A stretch of DNA of 50,719 nt from the NCBI GenBank assembly GCA_042219045.1, contig JBDGQO010000065.1, positions 1 to 50,719 of the forward strand, written 5' to 3'. The DNA comes from Candidatus Bipolaricaulia bacterium (GTDB taxonomy: Bacteria > Bipolaricaulota > Bipolaricaulia > RBG-16-55-9). Shown piece after piece: positions 20,739-30,454 of this stretch. Made by a program: the position numbers and the translations under genes. The notes beneath the pieces are model-generated. The model was not told where the DNA came from, did no database searches, and worked only from the letters and a program-made list of their open reading frames with translations. Within the stretch, counting starts at the first letter, position 1, and every line of letters starts with the position of its first letter.

Positions 20739-21737
20739 TCAGACGGCCGAGGTCATCTGCACTTCCTCTTCCGTGCTCAGATAGTCGAAGTGCTCCAGGC
20801 GGTTGCGCAGCTTGCTGTGAGCCAGCTTGTCCAGCGCTTCCTTCTCGATCTGGCGAATGCGCTCGCGGCTCAGGTCGAACTGCTCGCCGACTTTCTCCAG
20901 CGTCATCGGCTGCTGACCGTCGATCAGACCGAAACGCAGCTCGAGGATGCTCCGCTCGCGCTCGCTCAGGTCCGCCAAGGCGTCGTAGAGCTCCTCGACG
21001 GAGAGCTCGTCGAGCGCCTCGCGCAGCGCGGAGCGGTCGTCGGAGCCGACGAAGTCGCCCAGCGTGCTGTCCTCCTCGTCGCCGACCGGTTCCTCGAACG
21101 AACGCGTGTAGGGCGTGATCTTCTTCGCGCGCTCGATCTCCTCGATCGGCATGTTGAGCTCTTCGGCGAGGTGCTCATTCGGTGGGGGGACGCCGTGGAG
21201 CTGGACGTGTTCCGCTTCGACCTTGTGGATCTTGCGCATCAGTTCGAGCATGTGGGTGGGAATCCGGATGGTGCGGGCTTTGTCGGCGATCGCTCGCGTG
21301 ATGGCTTGTCGAATCCACCACGTCGCGTAGGTGCTGAATTTGTAGCCTCGGGTGTAGTCGAACTTTTCGATCGCCTTCATCAGTCCGATGTTGCCCTCTT
21401 GGATGAGATCAAGCAGCGGAAGCCCGCTGCCTTTATGGCGTTTGGCGATGGAAACGACGAGTCGAAGGTTGGCCAGCGCCAGCTGCTGGCGGCAACTGTC
21501 GTCGCCGCGCGCGACGCCTTTGGCCAGTTCAACCTCCTGTTCCCGGTTCAGCAAAGGGACCCGGCCGATCTCCTGCAAGTAGAGCTTGACCAGGTCTTCA
21601 GACGCATTCCTTTCCATCTCCTCCTCTTCCCCGTTACGCTCGCTCTGATCCGAGAAGATCATGTCGGTCTCGGATCGCTCCTCCTCGTCCGAATCGGGTC
21701 GGCCGTTCAACAACGCGGTCGTCTCTTGCATGTTCAC
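20739..21737 (-). CDS. RpoD/SigA-family sigma-70 factor (short, no typical region 1.1)
   Basis: [59 protein letters not shown]. Confidence 0.95.
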   Translation of the reverse strand: MNMQETTALLNGRPDSDEEERSETDMIFSDQSERNGEEEEMERNASEDLVKLYLQEIGRVPLLNREQEVELAKGVARGDDSCRQQLALANLRLVVSIAKRHKGSGLPLLDLIQEGNIGLMKAIEKFDYTRGYKFSTYATWWIRQAITRAIADKARTIRIPTHMLELMRKIHKVEAEHVQLHGVPPPNEHLAEELNMPIEEIERAKKITPYTRSFEEPVGDEEDSTLGDFVGSDDRSALREALDELSVEELYDALADLSERERSILELRFGLIDGQQPMTLEKVGEQFDLSRERIRQIEKEALDKLAHSKLRNRLEHFDYLSTEEEVQMTSAV

Positions 21738-21879
21738 TGTCGATCGGTGCTCCTCTGCTTGGGTTAATGATTTCGTGATAGTGGAAAAGGCTTCAGAGAC
21801 CCCTCACCGCCCTCTCGGATCGGAGCCTCGCACTTTTCGCGCGAAGTCTGCTGGGCCGGTAGGCCCGGACAGTGTTGGG

Positions 21880-21930
21880 AGTATAGCGGCATCACGCACA
21901 ATTGTCAATAGGGGCGCCGAAGAATACACT
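21880..21930. promoter_or_regulatory. Overlapping divergent promoters sharing the -35 region
   Basis: Minus TTGACA(21908-21903)-17-TATACT; plus TTGTCA(21902-21907)-17-TACACT. Confidence 0.7.
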
Positions 21931-21936
21931 AACATT

Positions 21937-22524
21937 ATGCGAACGAAACTGGCACGTTGGCGCCATCGAGTCCAGGGACGCACCTCGCTCTTCCAGTTCT
22001 ACGCGACCATACACGCCAACACGTGCGAGGACTGTCTCGCACGTCACGGGCATATCTTCGCCTCGTCCGAAAAGACGCCCGATCTGCCCATCCACGAGGG
22101 CTGTCGCTGCGAGCTGCTCGAGTTTCCCCTGAGTGAGTTGGGCCACTTCCGAACCAAGGGCAAGACGATGCAGGCCAAGGCCGAGCGGGAGCGCCATCGC
22201 CGCCGGTTGATGGCCTCGCTGACCGAGGCGCTGGAGAGGGGAGACCCCGATGAAGACATCCTCCAACGGGCCGTCCAAGCCTTGTCCATTGAAGTCTATC
22301 TGCCCGAGATCGAGTCGTTCTGCCATACTCATCATCGGCGCTTGAAAGCCAATCCCGAGCTGTCGCGCGAGCTCCGCGATCGCTTTCTCAAGGCCTACCG
22401 CTATAAGTACCAGGACGACCGTTACCGCATGATGCCGGAGCGCCTGAAGGCTGAGCGGACCGACTACGGCTTGGCGACGATTAGAGCGCTCTTCGCCGAA
22501 CACCTCGCCGAGGATTCCTCCTAG
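21937..22524 (+). CDS. Hypothetical protein with a MuF/SPP1-gp7-like Cys/His motif
   Basis: ATIHANTCEDCLARHGHIF...PDLPIHEGCRC, then a helical C-terminus. ATG lies 6 nt after the -10 box. Confidence 0.7.
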   Translation: MRTKLARWRHRVQGRTSLFQFYATIHANTCEDCLARHGHIFASSEKTPDLPIHEGCRCELLEFPLSELGHFRTKGKTMQAKAERERHRRRLMASLTEALERGDPDEDILQRAVQALSIEVYLPEIESFCHTHHRRLKANPELSRELRDRFLKAYRYKYQDDRYRMMPERLKAERTDYGLATIRALFAEHLAEDSS

Positions 22525-22533
22525 CCACCGACG

Positions 22534-22875
22534 ATGCTGTCGCGATCGGATGCCCGATGGACCTTGATCGTGTCCGTGTTGGCCCTGGCCCTCATGGGTT
22601 GGGGATTGCTCACGCGCGGGCCGCTCCCTCAAGCCCCGTTCGAGGCCTCACAGCCGACGGTCCAGACCGTGGACATCAATCGAGCAGGCGTGCCGCGCCT
22701 CGAAGCCCTGCCCGGGATCGGCCCGACGCTCGCCGAGCGCATCGTCCGGGCGCGGCTGCTCGCTGGGCCATACCGCGATGTCGACAAGTTGGCACGCGTC
22801 CGGGGCATTGGACCTGAGACGCTGCAAAAGCTCCGTTCTCGGCTGACAGCCTGCGGCGCGCTCGGGTGCCGATAA
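22534..22875 (+). CDS. comEA: ComEA-family helix-hairpin-helix DNA-binding membrane protein
   Basis: N-terminal TM helix; VDINRA, LPGIGPTLAERIV, VRGIGPETL. Confidence 0.82.
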   Translation: MLSRSDARWTLIVSVLALALMGWGLLTRGPLPQAPFEASQPTVQTVDINRAGVPRLEALPGIGPTLAERIVRARLLAGPYRDVDKLARVRGIGPETLQKLRSRLTACGALGCR

Positions 22876-22881
22876 GCCCTT

Positions 22882-22910
22882 TTGCCCCGCTCACAGCCCC
22901 GTGCTATACT
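22882..22910 (+). promoter_or_regulatory. Promoter of the EF-G paralog
   Basis: TTGCCC-17-TATACT with a TGn extension. Confidence 0.6.
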
Positions 22911-22971
22911 AGCTGACCCGACGAGGCATGCGGCCGTGCGCGGCTGATTAGGCACGACACCATCAGGAGGG

Positions 22972-24954
22972 ATGATTGACGTGGGGGACATCCGGACGCT
23001 TTGCTTTGTGGGTCACTCCGGCGCCGGGAAGACAGCGCTGACGGAAGCGCTGCTCACCTCGCACGGCGCCGGCGGACAACTCGACGCCAGCGCGGAAGCC
23101 CAAGAGCGTGGCAGCTCCATTGATCTCAACGTCGCAACCGTTGAAGTCGGCCAGACTCTGCTGAACGTCCTCGATGCGCCGGGTTTCAATGAGTTTATCG
23201 AAGAAACCTACAAGGGGCTCCACGTCTCGGAGACGGCGGCGCTGGTGGTCAACGCCGAGCACGGCGTCGAGGTCACCACGGAGGTCGCTTGGGACCTGAT
23301 CGAGCGCTATGAGAAGCCGGCCGTTGCGTTGGTCAACCGGATGGATACGGAGGTCGCCAACTTCGAGCAGGCGGTCGACGACCTCCAAGAGAGCCTCGAC
23401 AGCAAGCTGGCGCCCATCCACTGGCCCATCATTCAGGACGGCCAGTTCGTCGGCGACGTCGACCTTGTCCATCAGGAGGCCCGCTACTTCGACGGCAAGA
23501 AGGGCGAGATCCCCGAGGAATTGGCCGAGTCCGTCCAGTCGGGCCGAGAGTCCCTGTTGGAGGCGCTGTCCGAGGTCGATGACGAGCTGATGGAGCACTT
23601 CCTCGAGGATCAAGACATCCCCAATGACGAGATCGAGGGCGCGCTCAAAACGGCCATTATGCAGCGATCGCTCGTGCCGATCATCCCGACCTCCACCCAG
23701 ATCCCCGGCTCGCTGAAGCTGCTCACCGAGCTGATCGTCGAGGAGACGCCCGCGTTCCACGAGACCTACGAGCCCGAGGACGACTTCGTCGGTCTCGTCT
23801 TCAACGCCCACAGCGACCAGTACATTGGCGCGATGGCGTTTCTGAAGGTCTACGGCGGCAGCCTCAAGGAAGGCCTCAAAATGACCAACGTCCGGACCGG
23901 CGCCACGGAAAGCGTCCGGGAGATCCTCCGTGCCAGCGGCGACAAGCCCGTCCACATCAGCGAGGCCCAGCCGGGCGAGATCGCCGTGCTGACCAAGCTG
24001 AACGACTTCGAGCTGAACGACACGTTCGCGGCGGGCGAGCGCGAGCCGATGTCGTTGGGCGAGCTGCCCACGCCCGTCTATCCGCGCGCCGTGGAGCCCT
24101 TGAGCGAGAGCGATGAGGAGAAGATGAGCGCGGCGCTGCGCCAGCTCGTCCAGACAAAGGCCACGCTGAGCCTTTATCGGGACGACGTCACCCATGAGAC
24201 GATCCTGTCGGGCATGGGCGATACCCAGCTGAGCGTCTTCGTCCAGCGTCTGCAGAACCGCTATGGAACGGGCATCGAGCTGAAGCAGCCGTTGGTTCCC
24301 TACAAGGAGACGATCACGGCCCAGGCCGAGGGCAACTTCCGCCACAAGAAGCAGACCGGCGGCCGCGGCGAGTTCGGCGAAGTGTATCTGCGCATTGAGC
24401 CCATGGATCGCGACACGGGCTTTGAGTTCGTCGACGAGATCAAGGGCGGCGTCATTCCCAATCAGTTCATCCCGGCCTGCGAGAAGGGCATCCTCGAAGC
24501 GATGGAACAGGGCCAATACGGCTATCCCATGACCGACATCCGGGCGGCCGTCTACTACGGGAGTTATCACTCCGTCGACTCGTCCGAAGGGGCGTTCAAG
24601 GTCGCCGCGTCGCAGGCGTTCCAGATTGCCGTGGACAACGACAATCCCGTGTTGCTTGAGCCGGTCATGAAGCTCGACATCCGCGCCCCGTCGGCCTATA
24701 CGGGCGACATCATGAGCAATCTTTCGGGCAAGCGCGGCCGCGTCCTCGGCATGGAGCCCGATGAGACCGGGACTGAGCACATCCAAGCCGAGGTCCCCCT
24801 GGCCGAGATCCAGGACTACGCGCTGGAGCTGAAGTCGATAACGCAAGGCCGAGCGCTCTTCAAGGTGGCGTTTGACCACTACCAGCCGGTCTCCTCGCCC
24901 CAGTTGGCCGAGGAGCTGCTCCAGCGCGAGCGGACCGACGGAGGCGGCGAGTAG
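22972..24954 (+). CDS. Elongation factor G paralog (EF-G2 type)
   Basis: GHSGAGKT, ERGSSI, DAPGF, NRMD, GMGDTQL, HKKQTGGRGEFG, HSVDSSE, LLEPVM. Not in an rpsL-rpsG operon. Confidence 0.93.
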   Translation: MIDVGDIRTLCFVGHSGAGKTALTEALLTSHGAGGQLDASAEAQERGSSIDLNVATVEVGQTLLNVLDAPGFNEFIEETYKGLHVSETAALVVNAEHGVEVTTEVAWDLIERYEKPAVALVNRMDTEVANFEQAVDDLQESLDSKLAPIHWPIIQDGQFVGDVDLVHQEARYFDGKKGEIPEELAESVQSGRESLLEALSEVDDELMEHFLEDQDIPNDEIEGALKTAIMQRSLVPIIPTSTQIPGSLKLLTELIVEETPAFHETYEPEDDFVGLVFNAHSDQYIGAMAFLKVYGGSLKEGLKMTNVRTGATESVREILRASGDKPVHISEAQPGEIAVLTKLNDFELNDTFAAGEREPMSLGELPTPVYPRAVEPLSESDEEKMSAALRQLVQTKATLSLYRDDVTHETILSGMGDTQLSVFVQRLQNRYGTGIELKQPLVPYKETITAQAEGNFRHKKQTGGRGEFGEVYLRIEPMDRDTGFEFVDEIKGGVIPNQFIPACEKGILEAMEQGQYGYPMTDIRAAVYYGSYHSVDSSEGAFKVAASQAFQIAVDNDNPVLLEPVMKLDIRAPSAYTGDIMSNLSGKRGRVLGMEPDETGTEHIQAEVPLAEIQDYALELKSITQGRALFKVAFDHYQPVSSPQLAEELLQRERTDGGGE

Positions 24955-24961
24955 GCGGGCG

Positions 24962-25375
24962 ATGGCGCGGGCAACGATCAACGTCCAGACCCGACAGGAT
25001 CAGGAGTTTATCGACATCACGGACCGTGTCGAGAAGGCCATCCGCGAGCTCGGGATGTCCTCGGGCACGTGTCTCATCTACGTTCCCCATACGACGGCCG
25101 GGGTGACGATCAATGAAACGGCGGATCCCGCGGTCAAGGATGACATCCTCGGGGTGCTCCAACGCCTGGCGCCTGCGTCCCTGGCCTACGATCACGTCGA
25201 GGGCAACGCGCATTCGCACATTCAGGCCAGCCTAATGGGATCCTCCGCCATGATCGCCGTCGAGGGCGGACGGCTCGTCAAAGGCACGTGGCAGGGCGTG
25301 CTCTTCGGCGAGTTCGACGGGCCGCGCGATCGCTCGGTCTGGATTCAGCCGTTGGCCGCTCCGGCGTCGGATTAG
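24962..25375 (+). CDS. yjbQ: YjbQ/UPF0047 family protein
   Basis: PHTTAGVTINE, HVEGNAHSHI, GTWQGVLFGEFDGPR. Confidence 0.9.
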   Translation: MARATINVQTRQDQEFIDITDRVEKAIRELGMSSGTCLIYVPHTTAGVTINETADPAVKDDILGVLQRLAPASLAYDHVEGNAHSHIQASLMGSSAMIAVEGGRLVKGTWQGVLFGEFDGPRDRSVWIQPLAAPASD

Positions 25376-25391
25376 GCTAGGCTGCGATCCC

Positions 25392-26528
25392 TCAGGACCG
25401 AACGCGCTGCCCGACATCCCGACAGATCCGGGCGATCTCTCGGGCCGCTTCGGGGCGAGCCAGAGCTCGGGCGCGCTCGCTCATCCGCGCGCGCTCGCCC
25501 GGATGGTCGGCCAGATGTCGCAGGGACTCAACGGCGCGATCTCGGTCACGCCCGTCATAGCCCACGCCATGGCGCTCGACGAACTCGGCGTTGCCTTCCT
25601 CTTGGCCGGGCAGCGTCTGGGTGACGATCATCGGCCGCCCGCTGGCGAGCCCCTCCACGATGCTCTGTGGCCCGCCCTTGGTCAGCACGACGTCCGCGGC
25701 ATGCATCAGCTCGGGCATGTTGGCGACAAAGCCGTGGACCTGCGTCGGCATCGTCCAGTTGCTTGCCTCCAGCTTGGCCTTGAGCTGTTCGTTCCGCCCG
25801 CAGACGACGAGCATTTGCAGATCGATCCCTGCCGCGTCGATGGCCGCCAGGAGCTTGTCCAGCCCGCCGGAGCCCTCACCGCCGCCGACCAGCAGCGCGG
25901 TCGAACGCTTCGGGTCGAGGCCCCAGCGCTCGCGCAACTGGGCGGGGGGCGTTTCGACCGTGCCGAACGCGCCCAGAATGGGCAGGCCGGTCTGGGTGAC
26001 GAGCTCCGGCGGCGCGCCGAATCCGAGCACGGCGTCGTGGGCTTCGTCCGTGGCCACCGTGTAGCGATCGATGCCGGCCTCCACCCAGCTCCGGTGGACC
26101 GTCACCAGCTCCGTGACTGTCGCCACAATCGGCAGATCGGGATCGACCTGGTCGCGGGCCTGGACGAGGGCTCGATTGCAGAGCGGATGGGTCGTGACGA
26201 TCACGTCGGGCTCTCGGTCGGCCAGCAAGCGCTCGAGCTTGGGCACGAGCGGCTTCGTCGACGTGTCGAAGAGCGTCCGATACACGGCCGGCCGGTCCAT
26301 GACGTGGAATGCCCATCCGTAGAGCTGGGGCAAGTAACGCGACACCGGCCCGTAGAGCCGCGTGACGCGGTCGAATAGCGCCGGATTCTCCAAGTCAAAG
26401 ACGTCGACGATTTCGGTGACGACGCCCTCGTCGGGGGCGAGATCGTAAAGGGCCCGCTGCACCGCCAGCGACACGCTCCGGTGGCCGCCTCCGGTGTTCG
26501 ACATCAGGATCAACACGTTCATGGCCAT
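25392..26528 (-). CDS. MGDG-synthase/UgtP-like GT28 glycosyltransferase
   Basis: SNTGGGH, TTHPL, VVCGRN, GFVANMPELM, TKGGP, PGQEEGN. Confidence 0.9.
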   Translation of the reverse strand: MAMNVLILMSNTGGGHRSVSLAVQRALYDLAPDEGVVTEIVDVFDLENPALFDRVTRLYGPVSRYLPQLYGWAFHVMDRPAVYRTLFDTSTKPLVPKLERLLADREPDVIVTTHPLCNRALVQARDQVDPDLPIVATVTELVTVHRSWVEAGIDRYTVATDEAHDAVLGFGAPPELVTQTGLPILGAFGTVETPPAQLRERWGLDPKRSTALLVGGGEGSGGLDKLLAAIDAAGIDLQMLVVCGRNEQLKAKLEASNWTMPTQVHGFVANMPELMHAADVVLTKGGPQSIVEGLASGRPMIVTQTLPGQEEGNAEFVERHGVGYDGRDRDRAVESLRHLADHPGERARMSERARALARPEAAREIARICRDVGQRVRS

Positions 26529-26853
26529 CTCCTCATGCGTTTTCCAAGCGTCCGACCCAGCATTGCTTCGCCCGTCTGAATCACAAGATCCGTGATCGAT
26601 GAGTCATTTGCTCGCTGCGTTGCATGCGGGATCAGACACGGTCATTGCGATTTCCGCCTGTGCACTTGCATTGTGAGTCGGCCGAGTGACAGATGTCAAT
26701 TTGCGGCCTCAAGGGTCCCACCGTACCATAGCAAGCGACATGCGAGCTGAGAAGCGTTGCATCCAGTCGTTGTCGGCTTCTCCATGTGCGCGACAGCGCG
26801 AATGGCCTCGCCAAGGGGACCGACTTCTGCCTCAGTGAGGGGGCGCATAGCCA

Positions 26854-27240
26854 GTGAAGAGCGTGGCCGAGTTTCTCATTGCTATCGCCGTGATCATCGG
26901 CATGGCCACGGCAATCAGCAGCAGCATCACCCAGCCCGAGACCACACGCAGCGACGTCCAGGCGACGATCGACGATCTGCTCAGCCGGGACGAGGTGACG
27001 TTGTCGGCGTTCGTCGACGCTTTGGGTGAGCCGAAGTCCGTCGAGAACACCCCTTGCGCCGGCAACACGTGCATTGAGGCCACCTGGGACATCGGCATCG
27101 GGTCGAATCCCTGTTGGAAGCGGCTCGTCGTCACGCTCAACGAGGAAGAGCGAACCATCTTTATGGCCGAGCAGCTCCCCATTGCGGCCGTCGGAAGCAA
27201 GGAGGAGGGCGACCTGCGGTGCGTGGCGGTCGACCAATAG
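26854..27240 (+). CDS. Hypothetical membrane-anchored or exported protein with four Cys
   Basis: GAGGGGG RBS, N-terminal hydrophobic helix, LGEP motif. Confidence 0.7.
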   Translation: MKSVAEFLIAIAVIIGMATAISSSITQPETTRSDVQATIDDLLSRDEVTLSAFVDALGEPKSVENTPCAGNTCIEATWDIGIGSNPCWKRLVVTLNEEERTIFMAEQLPIAAVGSKEEGDLRCVAVDQ

Positions 27241-27286
27241 GGGACTTGCGCGCGTCCCAGGCAGGGCCTAAGCTTCCTGGAATGCC

Positions 27287-27940
27287 ATGACCGAGCGCTA
27301 CTACGTCGAAACCGACGGCCAGATCTTTCTCGTTCCACACAACGGCCGCTGGACGCTTCCCAACGGCGCCGACGGGCTCCCGTTCGATATAGAGCCTCAC
27401 GGGCGCATGGTCGTCCAGGGCGAGGACGTCGTCTACTGCAAGCCCAAGCTCGACGAGCACCCGTACGAATGGCATCACAAAGACGCTGTCCCCGGCATGG
27501 ACGATACTGAGCCGATCGTCCGTGAAGCCGTCCATTACACATTGCCCCGCGTCGTAGCGGAGGCCGTCATCGCGCGGGATGACTATCTGTTGCTGGTGAA
27601 GCCGTCACGCGGCTTCAACGAGGGCTTCTGGACGCTGCCCGGCGGCTTCGTTTCCTATGGGGAGTCGCCTGCCGAATCCGTGGCCCGCGAGGTTTCCGAA
27701 GAAGTTGGCGCCTCCTGCCAAATCGGCGAATGTTTAGGGGTCGAGACGTTCATGGGCCAGACGTCGTTCTACACCTGGCACATGTTCTTCTACCGGGCCT
27801 ACATGGACAGCGACGACTTCCAGCCGCCCGCTGACGAGATTGAGGCCGTCCAATGGTTTCCGCTCGAGGAGGCCGTGGAGGCCCTGCGCGGCGTGATGGA
27901 GCGTAAGCTCAGGTCGCTCCTGGATGAAGACCGGCTTTAG
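27287..27940 (+). CDS. NUDIX hydrolase
   Basis: WTLPGGFVSYGESPAESVAREVSEEVG Nudix box. Confidence 0.9.
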   Translation: MTERYYVETDGQIFLVPHNGRWTLPNGADGLPFDIEPHGRMVVQGEDVVYCKPKLDEHPYEWHHKDAVPGMDDTEPIVREAVHYTLPRVVAEAVIARDDYLLLVKPSRGFNEGFWTLPGGFVSYGESPAESVAREVSEEVGASCQIGECLGVETFMGQTSFYTWHMFFYRAYMDSDDFQPPADEIEAVQWFPLEEAVEALRGVMERKLRSLLDEDRL

Positions 27941-29343
27941 GCGGAGCGCTGCTCGTAGGCGTAAGCGGCTTGCAGGATCCTCGGTTCGCCCAGCTGTGGC
28001 CCCACGATCTGCATCCCGAACGGCATTCCCTCGACGGTGCCGCCCGGCACGGAGATGCCGCACAGCCCCGCCAGACTGACGGGCGCCAAAAACGCGTCGA
28101 TGAGATACATCTGCAATGGATCCGCAGTTCGCTCTTCCAGCTTGAACGGCGCCACCGGCGACGTCGGCATCAGCAACACGTCGACGTCAGCAAACGCGGA
28201 CTGGAAGTCGCGCCGGATCAGCGTGCGCACTTGCTGGGCTTTTCCGTACCACTGGTCGTAGTAGCCGGCCGATAGCGCGTACGTCCCGAGCATGATGCGC
28301 CGTTTGACTTCGGGGCCAAAGCCCGCCTGGCGGCTGTCGGCCAACATGGCCTCGAGGGCTCCGTCGCTGGCCCGTTGTCCGTAGCGGACGCCATCGTAGC
28401 GGGCCAGGTTGGCGCTCGCTTCCGCTGCCGAAATGAGATAATAGGCCGGCAGCGCATGCTCGGCGTGCGGCAGCTCGACGTCGGCGACCTGGGCGCCCTG
28501 GGCTTCAAAGGATCGGATCCACTCGTCGACCCGGGACTGGCCCACGGCGTCCAACTGCGCCACGAACGACCGGACCACGCCGACCCGAAGTCCGTCGATA
28601 TCGGAACTGAGGGCGTCGGTGTAGTCAACGTTGCCGTTGTCGATCGACGTGGCGTCGCGATTGTCGGGCCCGGCTATGATAGACAGCACCTGGGCCACGT
28701 CGCGCACCGTATGGGCGATCGGGCCGATCTGATCCAGCGACGAGGCGTAGGCGATCAGCCCATAGCGCGAGACCAGCCCGTAGCTCGGCTTGAGGCCGAC
28801 GACGCCGCAGAACGACGCGGGGAGCCGGATGGAGCCGCCCGTGTCGGTGCCCAGGGCAGCCGGTGCCATGCCGGCGGCCACCGCCGCGGCCGAGCCGCCG
28901 GACGAGCCGCCGGGCACGCGCTCGGTGTCGAGGGGGTTGCGGACGGGCCCGAAGGCGGAGTTTTCGTTGGATGAGCCCATGCCGAACTCGTCCAAGTTGG
29001 TCTTGCCCAAGAGCGTTGCGCCCGCTTCGCGGAGGCGTTCCACGGCGGTCGCGTCGAAGATCGGTCGGAAGGTCTCCAGAAACCGCGAGCCACACGTGGT
29101 GGGAAAGTCTCGCGTCGAAATGAGGTCCTTCACGGCGATGGGAAGCCCGCTCAGCTCACGATCACCCGCTGCCGAGGCCTGAGCAACGAGATCGTCACGA
29201 TCCGCCAGGCTCAGGTAAGCGTTGATCGTCCCATTCTGCTCCCGGATGGCTTCCTGAAGGTCGTCAACAACCTGCTCGCGTCGAATGTCGTGACGGTGCA
29301 GGGAGTCGATCAGCTGATGGAGCGGGCGCTCGTTGAGATCCAC
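27937..29343 (-). CDS. gatA: Asp/Glu-tRNA amidotransferase subunit A
   Basis: IAVKD, GKTNLDEFGMGSS, PGGSSGGS, GTDTGGSIRLPA, RIMLGTYALSAGYYD. GTG start at 29343. Confidence 0.92.
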   Translation of the reverse strand: MDLNERPLHQLIDSLHRHDIRREQVVDDLQEAIREQNGTINAYLSLADRDDLVAQASAAGDRELSGLPIAVKDLISTRDFPTTCGSRFLETFRPIFDATAVERLREAGATLLGKTNLDEFGMGSSNENSAFGPVRNPLDTERVPGGSSGGSAAAVAAGMAPAALGTDTGGSIRLPASFCGVVGLKPSYGLVSRYGLIAYASSLDQIGPIAHTVRDVAQVLSIIAGPDNRDATSIDNGNVDYTDALSSDIDGLRVGVVRSFVAQLDAVGQSRVDEWIRSFEAQGAQVADVELPHAEHALPAYYLISAAEASANLARYDGVRYGQRASDGALEAMLADSRQAGFGPEVKRRIMLGTYALSAGYYDQWYGKAQQVRTLIRRDFQSAFADVDVLLMPTSPVAPFKLEERTADPLQMYLIDAFLAPVSLAGLCGISVPGGTVEGMPFGMQIVGPQLGEPRILQAAYAYEQRSA

Positions 29344-29372
29344 GGGATCCTCGCTTCGTCGAGGCTGGCGTC

Positions 29373-29458
29373 TGGTGCCGGGGGAGGGATTCGAACCCTC
29401 ACGGGCGGAGCCCACAGATTCCTGAGACCTGCCTGTCTGCCAATTCCAGCACCCCGGC
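29373..29458 (-). tRNA. tRNA-Leu (CAG)
   Basis: GCCGGGG/CCCCGGC acceptor, CAGGT-CT-CAG-GA-ATCTG anticodon arm, variable arm, GTTCGAATC T loop, ACCA end. Confidence 0.96.
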
Positions 29459-29468
29459 AGGCAGCGCT

Positions 29469-29497
29469 ATTGTAGAAAGGCCCCCACAGGTTGTCAA
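29469..29497 (-). promoter_or_regulatory. Near-consensus promoter of tRNA-Leu(-gatA)
   Basis: TTGACA-17-TACAAT. Confidence 0.75.
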
Positions 29498-29547
29498 GAA
29501 CGGGTCAAGGCCCTATCGTAGGCTCAATGTCCGCGTGAGACCCAGCA

Positions 29548-30450
29548 ATGGCTAACCCTACACTTGAGACGCTTGCCATCGTCAACCCCGTCTCCGGCCG
29601 TGGCCGCACCCGGCGACAATGGCCGGCATTGGCCCGCCGATTGGAAGCCAATGGCGTCCCATGTTCGTCTGTGTTCACGGAGGAGCCGGGGCACGCCCGG
29701 ACGCTGGCCGCGGAGGCCGTCGAGGCCGGCGTGGAGACCGTCGTGGCGGTCGGCGGCGACGGCACGACCCGGGAAGTCGCCCAAGCGCTCCTCGGCGGCA
29801 ACGTTGCCTTGGGCATATTGCCCACTGGTGGCGGCAATGACTTCTGCAAGGCCGTCGGCGTCCCCCCATGCCTGAATAAGGCCGTCAGGGTCCTCGCCCG
29901 CCCTCGTTGCCATCGGGTTGATGTCGGGTGCCTCAACGACACCTACTTTATCAATGGGCTCGGGATCGGCCTGGACGGCTCGGCGTCGCTGCGGTATGCG
30001 CACATGCGGCATCTCCGAGGGGAACTGGGCTATCTCTGCAGCGCCGTCCGCGAGGCGCTCGCGTTTCCGGCCTTCGAGGCTGACCTGAGGAGCGAGGACT
30101 GGGCGCACCATGGCCCAGCCCTGTCGGTCGGGGCGACCAACGGGCCCTATCATGGAGGCGACTTTCGGGTTGCTCCCCATGCCCGTGCCGACGACGGCGT
30201 CCTGGACGTCTACGTCGTGCGGCCGGTCGCCTATCTCACGCGACTGCCCAAGCTGGCCCGCATCCGACGTGGGGCCCATCTGGACATGCCCGAGTTTGAG
30301 CTGCGACGTCTGTCGCGTGTGGATATCGATTTGGATGCGCCCGTTCCCGCTCACATGGATGGTGAGCCCTTTACGTTGCCCGCTGGGCGCACACGCGTTG
30401 AGATCGTGCCCTCATCGTTGGGCGTGCTGGTGCCGCCCGAGCCCGCCTAA
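29548..30450 (+). CDS. Diacylglycerol/lipid kinase (YegS/DagK family)
   Basis: IVNPVSG, VGGDGT, LPTGGGNDF, NGPYHGG, DGE. Confidence 0.9.
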   Translation: MANPTLETLAIVNPVSGRGRTRRQWPALARRLEANGVPCSSVFTEEPGHARTLAAEAVEAGVETVVAVGGDGTTREVAQALLGGNVALGILPTGGGNDFCKAVGVPPCLNKAVRVLARPRCHRVDVGCLNDTYFINGLGIGLDGSASLRYAHMRHLRGELGYLCSAVREALAFPAFEADLRSEDWAHHGPALSVGATNGPYHGGDFRVAPHARADDGVLDVYVVRPVAYLTRLPKLARIRRGAHLDMPEFELRRLSRVDIDLDAPVPAHMDGEPFTLPAGRTRVEIVPSSLGVLVPPEPA

Positions 30451-30454
30451 GCGG

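Noticed and set aside
20538..29458. Prophage or island between the two tRNAs, prompted by the MuF-like gene
   Set aside because: There is no integrase or duplicated tRNA 3' end, and the enclosed genes are housekeeping.
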